Assembly: GCF_009827135.1 (NCBI RefSeq)
Contig: NZ_CP046534.1
Location: 450,001-482,000, forward strand
Source: Blochmannia endosymbiont of Camponotus nipponensis
GTDB lineage: Bacteria > Pseudomonadota > Gammaproteobacteria > Enterobacterales > Enterobacteriaceae
Direction: 5' to 3'
Length of the DNA stretch: 32,000 nucleotides
Shown here: positions 1-9,516 of the stretch, piece by piece
How positions within the stretch are numbered: the stretch's first letter is position 1
Layout: every line of letters starts with the position of its first letter
Notes under the pieces: model-generated
What the model was told of the DNA's origin: nothing
The model's database searches: none
Seen by the model: the letters and a program-made list of their open reading frames with translations, nothing else
Made by a program: the position numbers and the translations under genes

Positions 1-19
1 AGATAGTAAGGTGTGTTTA

Positions 20-475
20 GTGGCAGAAAGAAACAGTAATGATATATTATTTCATGTGCAAAGAATATACACTAAAGATATTTCATTTGAAGCTCCGAAT
101 ACTCCTGAAGTTTTTAAAATAACGTGGCATCCAAGAATTAAGGTAGACTTAAATAGTAATTATAAGAAAATACATCTGAATATATATGAAGTAGTGTTGT
201 GTATCACTGTTACCGCAAGAATTGGAGAAGATACGGCTTTTTTATGTCAAGTTAAGCAAGCTGGAATTTTTGATATTTCAGGGCTTGACAGTACTCAAAT
301 GATACATTGCCTAAGTGCGCATTGCCCGAGTATTTTGTTCCCTTATGCTAGGGAATGTATAAGTAACCAAGTTTCTAGGGGAACTTTTCCTCAAATTAAT
401 TTAGATCCAATTAATTTTGATACTTTATTTGTTAGGTCTTTAAAAAACAAATATGATGATACGCTTAAAAATTAA
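20..475 (+). CDS. secB: Protein-export chaperone SecB
   Basis: The translation is colinear with E. coli SecB ([52 protein letters not shown]). GTG at 20 lies 6 nt after TAAGGTG (7-13) and gives an N-terminus the same length as E. coli SecB. GTG at 11 is the longest-ORF alternative, and the frame stays open to the window edge. Confidence 0.9.
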   Translation: MAERNSNDILFHVQRIYTKDISFEAPNTPEVFKITWHPRIKVDLNSNYKKIHLNIYEVVLCITVTARIGEDTAFLCQVKQAGIFDISGLDSTQMIHCLSAHCPSILFPYARECISNQVSRGTFPQINLDPINFDTLFVRSLKNKYDDTLKN

Positions 476-503
476 TATATTAAAATAGTTAGTTTTAATT
501 ATT

Positions 504-1523
504 GTGTCTATTATACGTCCTATTGTAACTATAATTGGAGCGGGGTCTTATGGAACGGCCATGGCTATTGCTTTATCTAGTAATGGTCATACAGTGTTGT
601 TGTGGGGTCATAGTTCTGATCATATTCAAAGACTTAAAATTAATCGATGTAATCAAGCCTATTTACCAGGTATCACTTTTCCATCATCGTTGTATTTGGA
701 ACAGTCTTTATCTGTAGCTTTATCAACTTGTCGAAATTTATTAATTGCGGTTCCAAGTTGTGTATTTAGTCATGTCTTAATGCGGATGAAACCAAATTTA
801 AGGAATGATACTCGTATTATTATAGCATCTAAAGGATTAGAACCGAAAACTGGACGTTTATTACAAGATGTGACATATCAAATTTTGGGAAAAGATATCC
901 CTCTCGCGATTATATCTGGACCAACTTTTGCCAGAGAATTGGCATTGGGATTACCTGCTGCAATAACATTAGCTTCGAATGATACTATATTGGGTTATGA
1001 TCTGCAAGGTATATTACATTGTAGTAAAAATTTTAGAATATATAGCAATACAGATACTATTGGTATTCAAGTAGCTGGAGCAGTAAAAAATATCATTGCT
1101 ATTGGGGCAGGTATTTCTGATGGAATAGGGCTGGGATCAAATGCGCGAACGGCATTAATTACACGTGGTTTAGTGGAAATGTCTCGATTGGGAATAGCAA
1201 TGGGAGCGACCTCAGATGTTTTTGTGGGATTAGCTGGGTTAGGAGATTTGGTATTGACTTGCACTGATGATCAGTCACGTAATCGTCGTTTTGGAATATT
1301 ATTGGGACAAGGTTTAAATATATGTCATGCTCAAAAAAATATTGGTCAAGTAATAGAAGGATTGTATTCCATAAAGGAAGTATATATGCTGTCTATTAAA
1401 TATAAGGTAGATATGCCGATTACTGAACAAATATATCAGATACTGTATCAAAATAAAAATATCCATGAAGCAGTGTGTTCTTTATTAGGACGCACACAAA
1501 AAGCAGAAAAAATGAATAGTTAG
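504..1523 (+). CDS. gpsA: NAD(P)H-dependent glycerol-3-phosphate dehydrogenase
   Basis: The 339-aa ORF is colinear with E. coli GpsA (IGAGSYGTA dinucleotide fold, [44 protein letters not shown]). GTG 504 is the only canonical start codon (ATG/GTG/TTG) after the in-frame TAG at 486-488. The secB-gpsA-cysE order matches E. coli. Confidence 0.95.
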   Translation: MSIIRPIVTIIGAGSYGTAMAIALSSNGHTVLLWGHSSDHIQRLKINRCNQAYLPGITFPSSLYLEQSLSVALSTCRNLLIAVPSCVFSHVLMRMKPNLRNDTRIIIASKGLEPKTGRLLQDVTYQILGKDIPLAIISGPTFARELALGLPAAITLASNDTILGYDLQGILHCSKNFRIYSNTDTIGIQVAGAVKNIIAIGAGISDGIGLGSNARTALITRGLVEMSRLGIAMGATSDVFVGLAGLGDLVLTCTDDQSRNRRFGILLGQGLNICHAQKNIGQVIEGLYSIKEVYMLSIKYKVDMPITEQIYQILYQNKNIHEAVCSLLGRTQKAEKMNS

Positions 1524-1583
1524 TGCAATTAATAGTGTAATGTTTTAATTATTATTAATACCATAAAATGGTTAGGTAAATTT

Positions 1584-2339
1584 ATGTCTTTAAATGTATT
1601 AGAAATAGTTTGGAGCAATATTAAGGTTGAAGCGAGATTATTAATTGATTCTGAACCGATATTAACTAATTTTATGTATGTAACTTTGTTAAAACACAAA
1701 AATTTTAAAGATGCTTTAATTTATATATTGTCTAAAAAATTAACTAATGCAGATATACCTGTAATTGATGTAACTAAGATATTAGAAGATATATACAGTG
1801 CTGATGATAAAATTATTATTTCTGCTGCGCAAGATATTCATGCAATACGTTTAAATGATCCCTCTATAACTAAGTATTTTACTCCTTTTTTGTATTTAAA
1901 AGGATTTCATGCATTGCAAGCGCATCGTATTTCTCATTGGTTATGGAATCATAATCGTCAAGAATTGGCTATGTATTTTTATAATCATATCTCCACGGTT
2001 TTTAATGTAGATATCCATCCTGCTGCAAGTATCGGATGTGGTGTTATGATAGATCATGCTACTGGAGTAGTAATAGGAGAAACATCAATTATAGAAAATA
2101 ATGTATCTATCATGCAGTCTGTGACTTTAGGTGGAACTGGTAAAGTAATAGGTGATCGTCATCCTAAAATTAGACAAAGAGTTATGATTGGTGCAGGTGC
2201 TATTATTTTAGGAAATATTGAAATAGGGTATGGAGCGAAAATTGGAGCGGGTTCTGTTGTACTACATTCCGTACCACCTCATTCTACAGTTGCAGGAAAA
2301 CCTGCTAAGGTTATCAAAAAATTTAATAAATTACAATAG
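1584..2339 (+). CDS. cysE: Serine O-acetyltransferase, C-terminally shortened relative to E. coli CysE
   Basis: The 251-aa ORF is colinear with E. coli CysE (LEIVWSNIK.EAR, YLKGFHALQAHRISHWLW, hexapeptide-repeat half DIHPAASIG.GVMIDHATGVVIGET...GDRHPKI). It ends about 22 residues before the E. coli C-terminus (...AGKPAKVIKKFNKLQ*). Confidence 0.95.
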   Translation: MSLNVLEIVWSNIKVEARLLIDSEPILTNFMYVTLLKHKNFKDALIYILSKKLTNADIPVIDVTKILEDIYSADDKIIISAAQDIHAIRLNDPSITKYFTPFLYLKGFHALQAHRISHWLWNHNRQELAMYFYNHISTVFNVDIHPAASIGCGVMIDHATGVVIGETSIIENNVSIMQSVTLGGTGKVIGDRHPKIRQRVMIGAGAIILGNIEIGYGAKIGAGSVVLHSVPPHSTVAGKPAKVIKKFNKLQ

Positions 2340-3040
2340 TTTTCGTATTAAAAACAAATATATATATAAACCTGAGTTTGTTACAGTTATGGAATATAAA
2401 TGTAAATACTATATTATTAAATATTTAAAAATAGTGTTATTTATATGCAATAATTAGTTATTGCAGATATATATTTTTAGACGGGCATAAATTGATAACG
2501 TTTATTAGAAATAAAGACGTATTATAATGAACCATTCAATTTTATTAAATAATTATTATTCATAAAGCTTCATATCATTTATATCATTTAAAGCAGTGAT
2601 ATGTCAGATATATATAATTATATTGTCAACATGTACATGTATTTTTTTGGTTTTTCTTTTTAAAATAATTTTTATTATATGATATATATAATTGAAGTTG
2701 TGTGTTAATACAGTTATATATATAATATAAGTAAGTAATTTTATAAACTTATAAAAACTAATGTACTTCATGATCAGTGTATATGATGTGATAAAATCAT
2801 CGTAATAAATAAATAGTGTTCCAATATTTAATATCAAAAAATATTATTGACTAAATTTTTTAATTTAATTACAAGCATAATAGTGTGAAAATTCGCTGTA
2901 ATTTTAGATATAATTATATATATTTAATGTAGTCGTTCATATTTTTATTTCATAAAACGATTATTTTCTATTATTATGTTTTATATAAAAAATATGGTTA
3001 TGGTCTGTTGTTAGTAACAATATAATAGAGTTTTCTATCT
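2340..3040. other. Gene-free AT-rich spacer at the cysE|pfkA synteny junction
   Basis: The only ORFs of 60 aa or more here (2230-2457 +, 2604-2837 -) are Ile/Tyr/Lys/Asn/Phe-rich low-complexity translations with no ribosome-binding site. In E. coli, cysE and pfkA are far apart. Confidence 0.6.
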
Positions 3041-4003
3041 ATGATAAAAAAAATAGGAGTACTGACAAGTGGGGGTGATTCTCCGGGAATGAATGCGGCT
3101 ATTCGAGGTGTAGTGCGGGCAGGTTTATCTGAAGGATTAGAAATTTATGGAATATATGATGGTTATTTGGGATTATTTCAGGATCGAATGATACCATTGA
3201 GTCGTTGCAGTGTTTCAGATATAATAAATCGCGGAGGTACTTTTCTTGGTTCTGCTCGTTTTCCTGAATTTAAAGAAGATACCATTAGAACGAGAGTCAT
3301 TAATAACATACATAGACGTAATCTTGATGCTCTCATAATAATTGGAGGGGATGGGTCTTATTTAGGCGCTCGGAGTTTGAGTGATATGGGGTTTCCTTGT
3401 ATTGGGTTGCCTGGTACTATTGATAATGATGTGGCAGGAACTGATTACACTATTGGTTATTTTACAGCTTTAGAAACAATTGTGGATGCAATTGATAGAT
3501 TACGTGACACATCTTCTTCACATCAACGTATTTCTATTGTAGAAGTAATGGGGCGTTGTTGTGGTGATTTGACTATGGCAGCGGCAGTAGCTGGAGGCTG
3601 TGAGTTCATTGTAGTCCCAGAAGTCGAATTTAATGCACAAGATCTAGTAAATGAAATTAAATCTGGTATTTCTAAAGGAAAAAAACACGCAATAGTAGCT
3701 ATTACAGAACGTATTTGTAATATATTTTATTTGGCACAGTATATTGAGGAAAAAACTGGCAGGGAAACCCGTGCTACTGTTTTGGGATATATTCAGCGAG
3801 GAGGTAAGCCTGTTGCTTATGATCGTATTTTAGCTTCTAGGATGGGAGCATATTCTATTGAACTTCTTTTACAGGGTTATGTGGGGCATTGCATTGGAGT
3901 GCAAAACGAAAAACTAGTACATTATGATATTAATGATGCAATACAACATATGCAACGCCCATTTCGTCAAGATTTATTAAAAACGGCTAAAAAGTTATTC
4001 TAA
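3041..4003 (+). CDS. pfkA: ATP-dependent 6-phosphofructokinase
   Basis: The 320-aa ORF has the same length as E. coli PfkA and is colinear with it ([66 protein letters not shown]). Confidence 0.97.
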   Translation: MIKKIGVLTSGGDSPGMNAAIRGVVRAGLSEGLEIYGIYDGYLGLFQDRMIPLSRCSVSDIINRGGTFLGSARFPEFKEDTIRTRVINNIHRRNLDALIIIGGDGSYLGARSLSDMGFPCIGLPGTIDNDVAGTDYTIGYFTALETIVDAIDRLRDTSSSHQRISIVEVMGRCCGDLTMAAAVAGGCEFIVVPEVEFNAQDLVNEIKSGISKGKKHAIVAITERICNIFYLAQYIEEKTGRETRATVLGYIQRGGKPVAYDRILASRMGAYSIELLLQGYVGHCIGVQNEKLVHYDINDAIQHMQRPFRQDLLKTAKKLF

Positions 4004-4132
4004 ATTGTAAATTATCATAATGATGTATTTATCTTATGAACATTTATTATATATATTTGTGTATGTTGTTAGCTGTTAATATTATATGATATATGTTTAT
4101 AATATAAAATTCATGCGGTTTATATGATATTA

Positions 4133-4909
4133 CTAAGAATGATGGAGTTGCTCATATTTTTCAGCTATTTGTACAATCGCAGCAAAACTATCCGCTTTTA
4201 AAGAAGCAGCTCCTACTAATACACCATCAATGTCTTTTTGATTTAAAAATTGAATGACGTTTTCTGGTGTTACAGATCCTCCATACTGCATTGTGATTGT
4301 ATTAGCTACGGATACATCACAACTTGCAATGTAATCTCGGATGAATTTATGCACTGCTTGTACATTTTCTGGAGATGCGCTATTACCACTTCCTATAGCC
4401 CATATGGGTTCATACGCGATAACCGAATTTTTTAATGCTTCTACACCAATTAATTTAGTTATTGTCTTAATTTGATTAATACATATTGATTGGGTGTATC
4501 CAGAATCATATTCATTTTTATTTTCTCCTATACACAAAATAGGAATTAATCCAATTTTTTTTAATATAGAAAATTTTTTAGCAATATATACATCGTTTTC
4601 CTTATGATGTATTCTCCTTTCAGAATGACCTATAATAACATATCGTGTATGAAGATCTTTTAGCATTTCTGCAGAAATGTCTCCAGTAAAAGATCCAGAA
4701 AAATGAACGTCAACGTTTTGCGCGCATAACTGAATGTGGCTATCTAGTAAATAATGTCGAACTATATCTAAATACATCACGGGGGGAGCTACAGCTATAT
4801 TACATTTAGAAATGTTAGAAAGATTATTAACTAATGCAATAATTAAATTAGTTATGGTATTCTTATTACCGTTTAATTTCCAGTTTCCGACAATTAATGG
4901 ATGCTTCAC
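4133..4909 (-). CDS. tpiA: Triosephosphate isomerase
   Basis: The 258-aa ORF carries TIM signatures (VGNWKLNG, IIGHSERR, AYEPIWAIGSG, QYGGSV). AGGAGA lies 6 nt upstream of the ATG on the minus strand. The orientation relative to pfkA and fpr matches E. coli. Confidence 0.96.
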   Translation of the reverse strand: MKHPLIVGNWKLNGNKNTITNLIIALVNNLSNISKCNIAVAPPVMYLDIVRHYLLDSHIQLCAQNVDVHFSGSFTGDISAEMLKDLHTRYVIIGHSERRIHHKENDVYIAKKFSILKKIGLIPILCIGENKNEYDSGYTQSICINQIKTITKLIGVEALKNSVIAYEPIWAIGSGNSASPENVQAVHKFIRDYIASCDVSVANTITMQYGGSVTPENVIQFLNQKDIDGVLVGAASLKADSFAAIVQIAEKYEQLHHS

Positions 4910-5047
4910 ATTATTTCTCCTACGAACATCATATTCTACATAGTAATTATGATGTGTTAATATTGATAAATATACCTAAGAATAATGCTATATATTTTTG
5001 CAATATGATAGTTAAATATTTAAAAATGCATCGGTTGTGTGTTGTAG

Positions 5048-5089
5048 TAAATTGATATTAAAATCATTTGCAATTTTAATATCAATTTA
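5048..5089. repeat. Perfect 17-bp-stem inverted repeat with an 8-nt loop, in the fpr-tpiA spacer
   Basis: I paired it base by base. Positions 5048-5064 (TAAATTGATATTAAAAT) are the exact reverse complement of 5073-5089, with loop CATTTGCA. It lies 45 nt downstream of the fpr stop on the minus strand. No U-tract directly follows it on either strand. Confidence 0.8.
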
Positions 5090-5133
5090 AAAATGTATTG
5101 TAAGTGTAATTACATAAATTAGAAACATTTACG

Positions 5134-5883
5134 TTACCAATAACGTTCTTGGGTAACATGCCCTGGTTTGGATAGTATATGATCTGTCATTCCATATTTT
5201 TTGTTTAATATTTTTTTAGTATCATGTATCATCTGTGGGTTCCCACATAACATGACATGACTATTATCAATGTTTAATTGTAATCCTACTTTTTTTTCTA
5301 AAGAATCATTTTCTATTAAGGTAGGTATGCGTCCAAAAAGTGAATTAGGATATTTTTCTTGACTTATAATTGTTTGTATATGCAATTTTCCATTATAAAA
5401 AATTTTTAATTTTTGCATTTGAGATAAATAATTTAAATTTTTAAAAAATCGTACTGCATGTACCAATACAATATTTGAAAATTGATGCAGCCGTTCATCT
5501 TGATCTTCAAGTATTGATAAGTATGGACCAATTCCTGTTCCACTAGCTAACATCCATAAATTTTCGCAATTTGGAATTGCATTTAGCACAAAACGTCCAT
5601 ACGATTCTTTGGTAAGCATAAGAGTGTCACCGGGACATAAAGTACATAATAATGGAGTAAATTTTCCTGTTAGCACAGTAGCTATATAAAATTCTAAATT
5701 TGGATTACGTGGGGCATTAAGATATGAATAGGCACGGTGAATAATCATATTATTGATGTTGATGCCTATTTTAGTGAATTGTCCTGCAGTAAATGTATTG
5801 ACTGGGGCGTGCACAATAAGACTAAATAATCGATTTTTCCAGTGTTTTATATCAATAATTTTTCCGGTGACCCATGTAATCAT
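5134..5883 (-). CDS. fpr: Ferredoxin/flavodoxin-NADP+ reductase
   Basis: The 249-aa ORF is colinear with E. coli Fpr (WVTGK, FTAGQFTK, RAYSY, LEFY, LWMLASGTGIGPYLSIL, HVMLCGNPQM, C-terminal ERYW against E. coli EHYW). Confidence 0.95.
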   Translation of the reverse strand: MITWVTGKIIDIKHWKNRLFSLIVHAPVNTFTAGQFTKIGININNMIIHRAYSYLNAPRNPNLEFYIATVLTGKFTPLLCTLCPGDTLMLTKESYGRFVLNAIPNCENLWMLASGTGIGPYLSILEDQDERLHQFSNIVLVHAVRFFKNLNYLSQMQKLKIFYNGKLHIQTIISQEKYPNSLFGRIPTLIENDSLEKKVGLQLNIDNSHVMLCGNPQMIHDTKKILNKKYGMTDHILSKPGHVTQERYW

Positions 5884-7441
5884 AGAGTTTACCTATAATT
5901 TTAATTATATTTCAATGTTTGATTGTATAAAATTATTTCATTGATGTGATGATAATCATCATTAAAATAATGTGTATCTGTTGCTTGAATCTTATATATA
6001 AATCTAATATACAGTATTTTTATAAAAATTTGTTATAAGAAATAAACATATAAATATCTTCAAATTACTGTTTTATTGGGTTAATTATAATTTCATAATA
6101 TAAGACATTTATATATCTAGTCAGATATTTCAACTGTAAGTTTTATAAAAAATCATTCTGTATGTAGAATTTCTTATTTGTAATATTACGTACATATATC
6201 ACATAATAGTCATTGTGTTATATTACTTATGTATTTTAATAATTTTTAATTATGGTTGGATATAAAATTTATGAATTCATATATGATAAATATCATTCAT
6301 GCATTTATGTTACTATAATAAACAAATGATTATTAATAGAAATATTTTGCCACGATAATATCGTTTATCTAATATATTGTAGTTTTTCAAATATTATTTT
6401 ATTGCAAAATATTTTATATTACCGTTTATCCCAAAAAATGATATTATGAATTCGTATAATAATTTATGTAGCTTTTAGTGTGATTTTAGCATAAATAATG
6501 AGAAATCTATTCTTTTATACTAGATGAAATTGCAATTGAGTGTGGATTATATTTACCGTACTGAATTATATATGGATAGCTTTAATAATTTATCAATTAT
6601 TTTAATATTTTATATAATTGTTTTGTAATTGATACATCAACTTTTTGATTTTAGAATACATAAGACTTCGTATGAATTATATGAAATATCTTAATTGAAT
6701 GTTACAGGTATGTACATGTCATGTAATTATTAGAGTTAATTAACAAGTGTTAAATGTTTTGTTTTATAACTTAATAGTAGATAAATAGCTATATGATATA
6801 GTTTGTATACTTAATTTGGTCTAAAAATTAAATATGAGCACTATTGGTTTGTCATAATTATGGTTACTATAAATACTCGAGTGTTTGATAGAATTAGGAT
6901 GTTATACATTATATAAATATAACTAAATATTATTTTTATGGTGATTACATAAATCATATCGATGCTGTTATTAGCATTATGATCATTTTAATAAGTGGTT
7001 GATTTGATGCATGCGTGGGTCTTTGTGTATAAATTCATCGAAAGTTTTAGTTGCAGACTAAATATAGCTAATAACTAGAGTGGATTATAATTTTTAGTTA
7101 ATCACATGTACAACATAATGTGTATTATGTACATCTTCAATATTTTTATTTACTTATATTTATAAGTAGATGTAATAAATGCGTAAATTTTATATAAAAT
7201 TTTATGAAAATGGATTTATACATGTCAATAATAAGTACTTTATAAATTTTAAATTTATTGTCATAGATTATTATAGTCATGTACATATAATAGTTAATAA
7301 TAAAATTACTTGGTTATAGATGTGGCTACTATATAATGTTGAGTTTTTTAAACAAACATGGAATAAATTTATAATTTATATTTGTTATGTTGTTTTATTA
7401 ATTAACAGAAATTTAGTATTAATTAGCGCGAGAATATTATA
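5884..7441. other. 1.56-kb gene-free AT-rich spacer, probably a gene-decay scar
   Basis: Between fpr and rpmE there is no ORF of 60 aa or more apart from a shadow ORF overlapping the fpr start. In E. coli this interval holds glpX-glpK-glpF-zapB-rraA-menA-hslUV-ftsN-cytR-priA. Confidence 0.6.
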
Positions 7442-7693
7442 ATGAAGAAAAATATTCACCCAAAATATGGTGAGATATCTGCACGTTGTTCATGCGGAAA
7501 TATTATTAACATTAGATCCACTCTAAATCATAACTTACATTTAGATATTTGTAATTTATGTCATCCATTTTATACAGGTACGCAACGTATAGTAGATACA
7601 CGTGGGCGTGTAAGTATTTTTAACAAGCGTTTTAATGTGGTTGGTGATGCTGATTTTTTACTTGTTGATAAAAAATTGAAGAAACATAGATAA
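7442..7693 (+). CDS. rpmE: 50S ribosomal protein L31, Zn-ribbon type, with a C-terminal extension
   Basis: MKKNIHPKY...CSCGN...[10 protein letters not shown]...FNKRFN is colinear with E. coli L31 and all four Cys are retained. The ORF is 83 aa against 70 aa in E. coli. Confidence 0.95.
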   Translation: MKKNIHPKYGEISARCSCGNIINIRSTLNHNLHLDICNLCHPFYTGTQRIVDTRGRVSIFNKRFNVVGDADFLLVDKKLKKHR

Positions 7694-7967
7694 TTGATGA
7701 ATATTATTTCTCTATGTATACATGTATGCAGCGTAGTAAAAAAAAGCATCAATTCTATAACAAGCAACATATGTCATCACGTGTTATTACTGTGAGTAAT
7801 TTATATTTGATATACATATGAAATTTTGATTATTATAAATAATTTATAAAGTAACATAGATTCTTGTTGAATAAATGTATAAAAATTTAATTATAAAAAG
7901 CATCTTTATATGCATAAATAAAAAAATTAACTATATTTTTAAAAATATAAACAAGTAGGTTATTATT

Positions 7968-9110
7968 ATGAAAAAATCTACAATCAGCGTGAGAAGTGGT
8001 TTAAATAGTGATGCGCAACATGGTTGTGTTGTGCCTCCTATCACTCTTTCAACTACTTATAATTTTTTTGAATTAAATAAGCCTCGTCCTTATGATTATT
8101 CACGACGAAAAAATCCTACGCGTGATGTAGCTCAAAAAACTTTATCAGATTTAGAATGTGGAACGCATGCAATCATGACAAGCAGTGGTATGTCTGCTAT
8201 TTATTTAATATGTTCCGCTTTGCTTAAACCAAATGATTTATTGATAGCGCCTCATGATTGCTACGGAGGTACTTATCGATTATTAGATGCTTTAAATAAA
8301 AAAGGCACATGTAAAGTATTATTTATTAACCAAAATGATACACAAATGTTTTTACAATCATTAGCATATAAACCTAAATTAATTTTTATAGAAACTCCAA
8401 GTAATCCTATGCTTCGAATAGTAGATATTTATGCTATTTGCAAGTCTCAAAAAGATACCTTATATGTTGTAGATAATACATTTATGACTCCAGTGTTTCA
8501 AAATCCATTAATTTTAGGTGCGGATTTAGTAGTGCATTCTTGTAGTAAATATTTAAACGGACATTCAGATTTAATTGCAGGCGTAGTAATTTCTAAAGAT
8601 GCATATATTTCTGATAAATTAGCCTGGTGGGGTAATACGCTTGGTATTACTGGCAGTGCTTTTGATAGTTATCAGTTGTTGCGTGGTATACGTACTTTAA
8701 TTCCTCGTGTTCATCAACAACAAAATAATACAAAAAGTATTATTGCTTTTTGTCAAAAACAGCCTCAAATTAACGAATTATATTACCCAGGATTATCTGT
8801 TCATCCTGGATATGCCATTGCGTGTAAACAACAGAGCGGATTTGGATCAATATTTAGCTTTGAGCTCAAAGGGAATAAAAATGTGTTACTGCGATTTTTA
8901 CGATCATTAAAATTATTTACATTAGCAGAATCGTTTGGAGGGGTGGAAAGCTTGATTGCTCATCCAGCTACTATGACTCATGCTGCTATGCCAGAAAACG
9001 TTCGAAAACGTGCTGGAATTAGTGATATGTTGCTTCGTGTTTCAGTAGGACTAGAAGATAGTGATGATCTTATTACTGATTTAGAACAGGCATTTAGCTC
9101 AATACAGTAA
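7968..9110 (+). CDS. metB: Cystathionine gamma-synthase
   Basis: The 380-aa ORF is colinear with E. coli MetB (SVRSGLNSD.Q.GCVVPPI, YDYSRR.NPTRD, APHDCYGGTYRL, HSCSKYLNGHSD with the PLP lysine, FTLAESFGGVESLIAHPATMTHA). Confidence 0.95.
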   Translation: MKKSTISVRSGLNSDAQHGCVVPPITLSTTYNFFELNKPRPYDYSRRKNPTRDVAQKTLSDLECGTHAIMTSSGMSAIYLICSALLKPNDLLIAPHDCYGGTYRLLDALNKKGTCKVLFINQNDTQMFLQSLAYKPKLIFIETPSNPMLRIVDIYAICKSQKDTLYVVDNTFMTPVFQNPLILGADLVVHSCSKYLNGHSDLIAGVVISKDAYISDKLAWWGNTLGITGSAFDSYQLLRGIRTLIPRVHQQQNNTKSIIAFCQKQPQINELYYPGLSVHPGYAIACKQQSGFGSIFSFELKGNKNVLLRFLRSLKLFTLAESFGGVESLIAHPATMTHAAMPENVRKRAGISDMLLRVSVGLEDSDDLITDLEQAFSSIQ

Positions 9111-9116
9111 AGTATA

Positions 9117-9168
9117 ATATATTTATTAACAAGTGCTTTATTAATAAAGCACTTGTTAATAAATATAT
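9117..9168. repeat. 52-bp perfect palindrome (26-nt arms) starting 6 nt after the metB stop
   Basis: I paired it base by base from the centre (9142|9143) outward. All 26 pairs match and the first mismatch is 9116/9169. The sequence is ATATATTTATTAACAAGTGCTTTATT|AATAAAGCACTTGTTAATAAATATAT. No T-tract follows it. Confidence 0.9.
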
Positions 9169-9448
9169 GTGGAAGTATTATTTACTGGTAATATTGATTA
9201 ATTAAATAGGCACAAAATTTATGTAAGATATATAAGTGGATATTTGAAATAGATATTCATATATATACTTAATGCAAATTTCAGTTATATAGTTTTTATG
9301 TAGGATATAGAGAAGTAATAAATTCATTATTATAATTTAGGATATAATAAAGATATTTAATTAGTTGATAAAAAATATTTTTGTTATTTATTAATTATAT
9401 GAGTAAAGCATTTATAATATAGTTTTTAGTTTATTCCTTTAAAGGGTT

Positions 9449-9476
9449 TCATTTATTGTAATAAATGATGTTTTTT
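9449..9476 (+). terminator. Candidate intrinsic terminator (hairpin plus T6) upstream of metF
   Basis: TCATTTATT-GT-AATAAATGA forms 9-nt complementary arms (9449-9468) and is followed by TG and TTTTTT (9471-9476). The stem is entirely A:T apart from one C:G pair, so it would be weak. Confidence 0.35.
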
Positions 9477-9480
9477 AAAA

Positions 9481-9516
9481 TAGACATGGCGTGTATATAT
9501 GAACACCCCATGTCTA
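9481..9516. promoter_or_regulatory. GC-rich imperfect inverted repeat 48 nt upstream of the metF start (candidate operator or 5' leader hairpin)
   Basis: TAGACATGGCGTGT (9481-9494) pairs with ACACCCCATGTCTA (9503-9516). That gives 13 of 14 pairs and an 8-nt loop. It is far more G+C-rich than the surrounding spacer. Confidence 0.4.

Noticed and set aside
2604-2837. 77-aa ORF on the minus strand (also 2230-2457 on the plus strand) in the cysE-pfkA spacer
   Set aside because: The translations are Ile/Tyr/Lys/Asn/Phe low-complexity sequence typical of random AT-rich DNA. There is no Shine-Dalgarno sequence and no recognisable family. The + strand ORF overlaps the real cysE frame.
6541-6549. DnaA-box-like motifs (TGTGGATTA at 6541, GTGGATTAT at 7081, GAATCCACA at 13183) as a hint of a replication origin
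   Set aside because: Each has one or two mismatches to TTATCCACA. They are hundreds to thousands of nt apart, not clustered, and have no adjacent AT-rich 13-mer array distinguishable from the background. About one such 7-mer core is expected by chance in the spacers.
9481-9516. Reading the inverted repeat upstream of metF as an array of MetJ boxes (AGACGTCT)
   Set aside because: Only the outer AGAC/GTCT half-sites match. The 34-nt span does not fit an 8-bp tandem register, and metJ is missing from its ancestral position. I kept it as a generic candidate regulatory hairpin only.
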